The translations under genes and the position numbers were made by a program. A DNA stretch of 51,427 nt, the filler included, from Catajapyx aquilonaris (lineage: Eukaryota), in NCBI GenBank assembly GCA_000934665.2. It is 3 parts of 3 records of this genome, joined end to end, with 100 filler letters (N's around TTAATTAATTAA, not from the genome) between each part and the next. Parts side by side here need not be neighbours in the genome. Positions count along the whole stretch, not along the records: positions 34,345 to 51,427 come from JYFJ02007038.1; 2 more parts are not named here. One strand, given 5' to 3'. Below the pieces are notes generated by a model. The model was not told where the DNA came from and ran no database searches. It saw nothing but the letters and a program-made list of their open reading frames with translations. This document shows positions 50,528 to 51,427 of this stretch, piece after piece. Position 1 is the first letter of the stretch; each line of letters begins with the position of its first letter.

Positions 50528-51427
50528 CCCAACCACTTTCGAATTTCGACATTTCAACGATGGCAATCGTTTGTGCTACGTTTGTGCTGATTTGTGCTCG
50601 AATATGGGCGTTTGTGCTGGTTTAGTTTCAGAGATATCGCGATTTCAATTTGGTTGGGCCAGTTTAACGGTAGCCCAACCACTTTCGAATTTCGAAATTT
50701 CAATGGTGCCAATCGTTTGTGCTACGTTTGTGCTGATTTGTGCTCGAATATGAGCGTTTGTGCTGGCTTGGTTTCAACGCTACATCACTTTTAATTTGGT
50801 TGGGCCAGTTTAACGCTTTCGAAATAAAGCGAATTTCAAAATTTCAACGATGGCAATCGTTTGTGCTACGTTTGTGCTGATTTGTGCTCGAATATGGGCG
50901 CTTGTGCTGCAACCGTTCTCGAGATACAGCGAGGTCAATATTGTGGTGTGGCCACGTTAACGCTGGTCACCACAGCACTAGTTTAGCGAATTTCAAAATT
51001 TCAACAGGGCCAATCGTTTGTGCCCGGTTTGTGCTCATTTGTGCTCGAATATGGGCGTTTGTGCTGGTTTAGTTTCAGAGTTGTCGCGATTTCAATTTTG
51101 GTTGGGCCAGTTTAACGGTAGCCCAACCACTTTCGAATTTCGAAATTTCAACGGTGCGAATCGTTTGTGCTACGTTTGTGCTGATTTGTGCTCGAATATG
51201 GGCGTTTGTGCTGGCTTGGTTTCAGAGTTAGAGCGATTTCAAATTGGTTGGGCCAAAATAACGCTTTTGAAATAAAGCGAATTTCAAAATTTCAACGATG
51301 GAAATCATTTGTGCTGCGTTTGTGCTGATCTGTGCCCGAAGATGGGGGTTTGTGCTGCAACCGTTCTCGAGATACAGCGAGGTCAATATTGTTGTGTGGC
51401 CAAGTTAACGCTGGTCACCACAGCACT
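50528..51427. repeat. About 146-bp tandem satellite running off the window end
   Basis: About six units, each containing CGAATTTC(G/A)AAATTTCAA, four TTTGTGCT-like sub-repeats and GGCCAGTTTAACG-like ends. Confidence 0.9.

Noticed and set aside
50528..51427. Possible CRISPR-like array
   Set aside because: Units are repeated along their whole length with no unique spacers, there are no cas genes, and the context is eukaryotic

Overview
Eukaryotic, intron-containing, AT-rich genomic DNA from an arthropod (inferred from ionotropic receptors, JHBP/Der p 7-like proteins, FAR and a CalpA/B-type calpain). It is made of three contigs joined by artificial 100-nt spacers (N44-TTAATTAATTAA-N44 at 17074-17173 and 34245-34344). 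Genes reconstructed by hand from splice sites: two tandem Fis1 paralogues; a secreted two-domain JHBP/takeout-like plus group-7-allergen-like (tandem TULIP) gene; a stand-alone group-7-allergen-like paralogue; two tandem divergent ionotropic receptors, one frameshifted by a 7-nt deletion; a fatty acyl-CoA reductase; and the 3' two-thirds of a classical calpain. The rest, especially 34.3-51.4 kb, is a dense field of palindromic MITEs, tRNA-derived SINEs with target-site duplications, decayed gene remnants and a ~146-bp satellite. The most interesting observation is a 266-nt TSD-flanked short retroposon (48281-48546, minus) with no Pol III boxes whose 5' half folds by hand as an HDV-like self-cleaving ribozyme with a long P4 extension. 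Other highlights are a splice donor that doubles as a stop codon between the two TULIP domains, a palindrome carrying mirror-image TATA+Inr cores between the IR and FAR genes, and MITE copies whose private mutations are mirrored in both arms. All family assignments are from motif recognition, not database searches.
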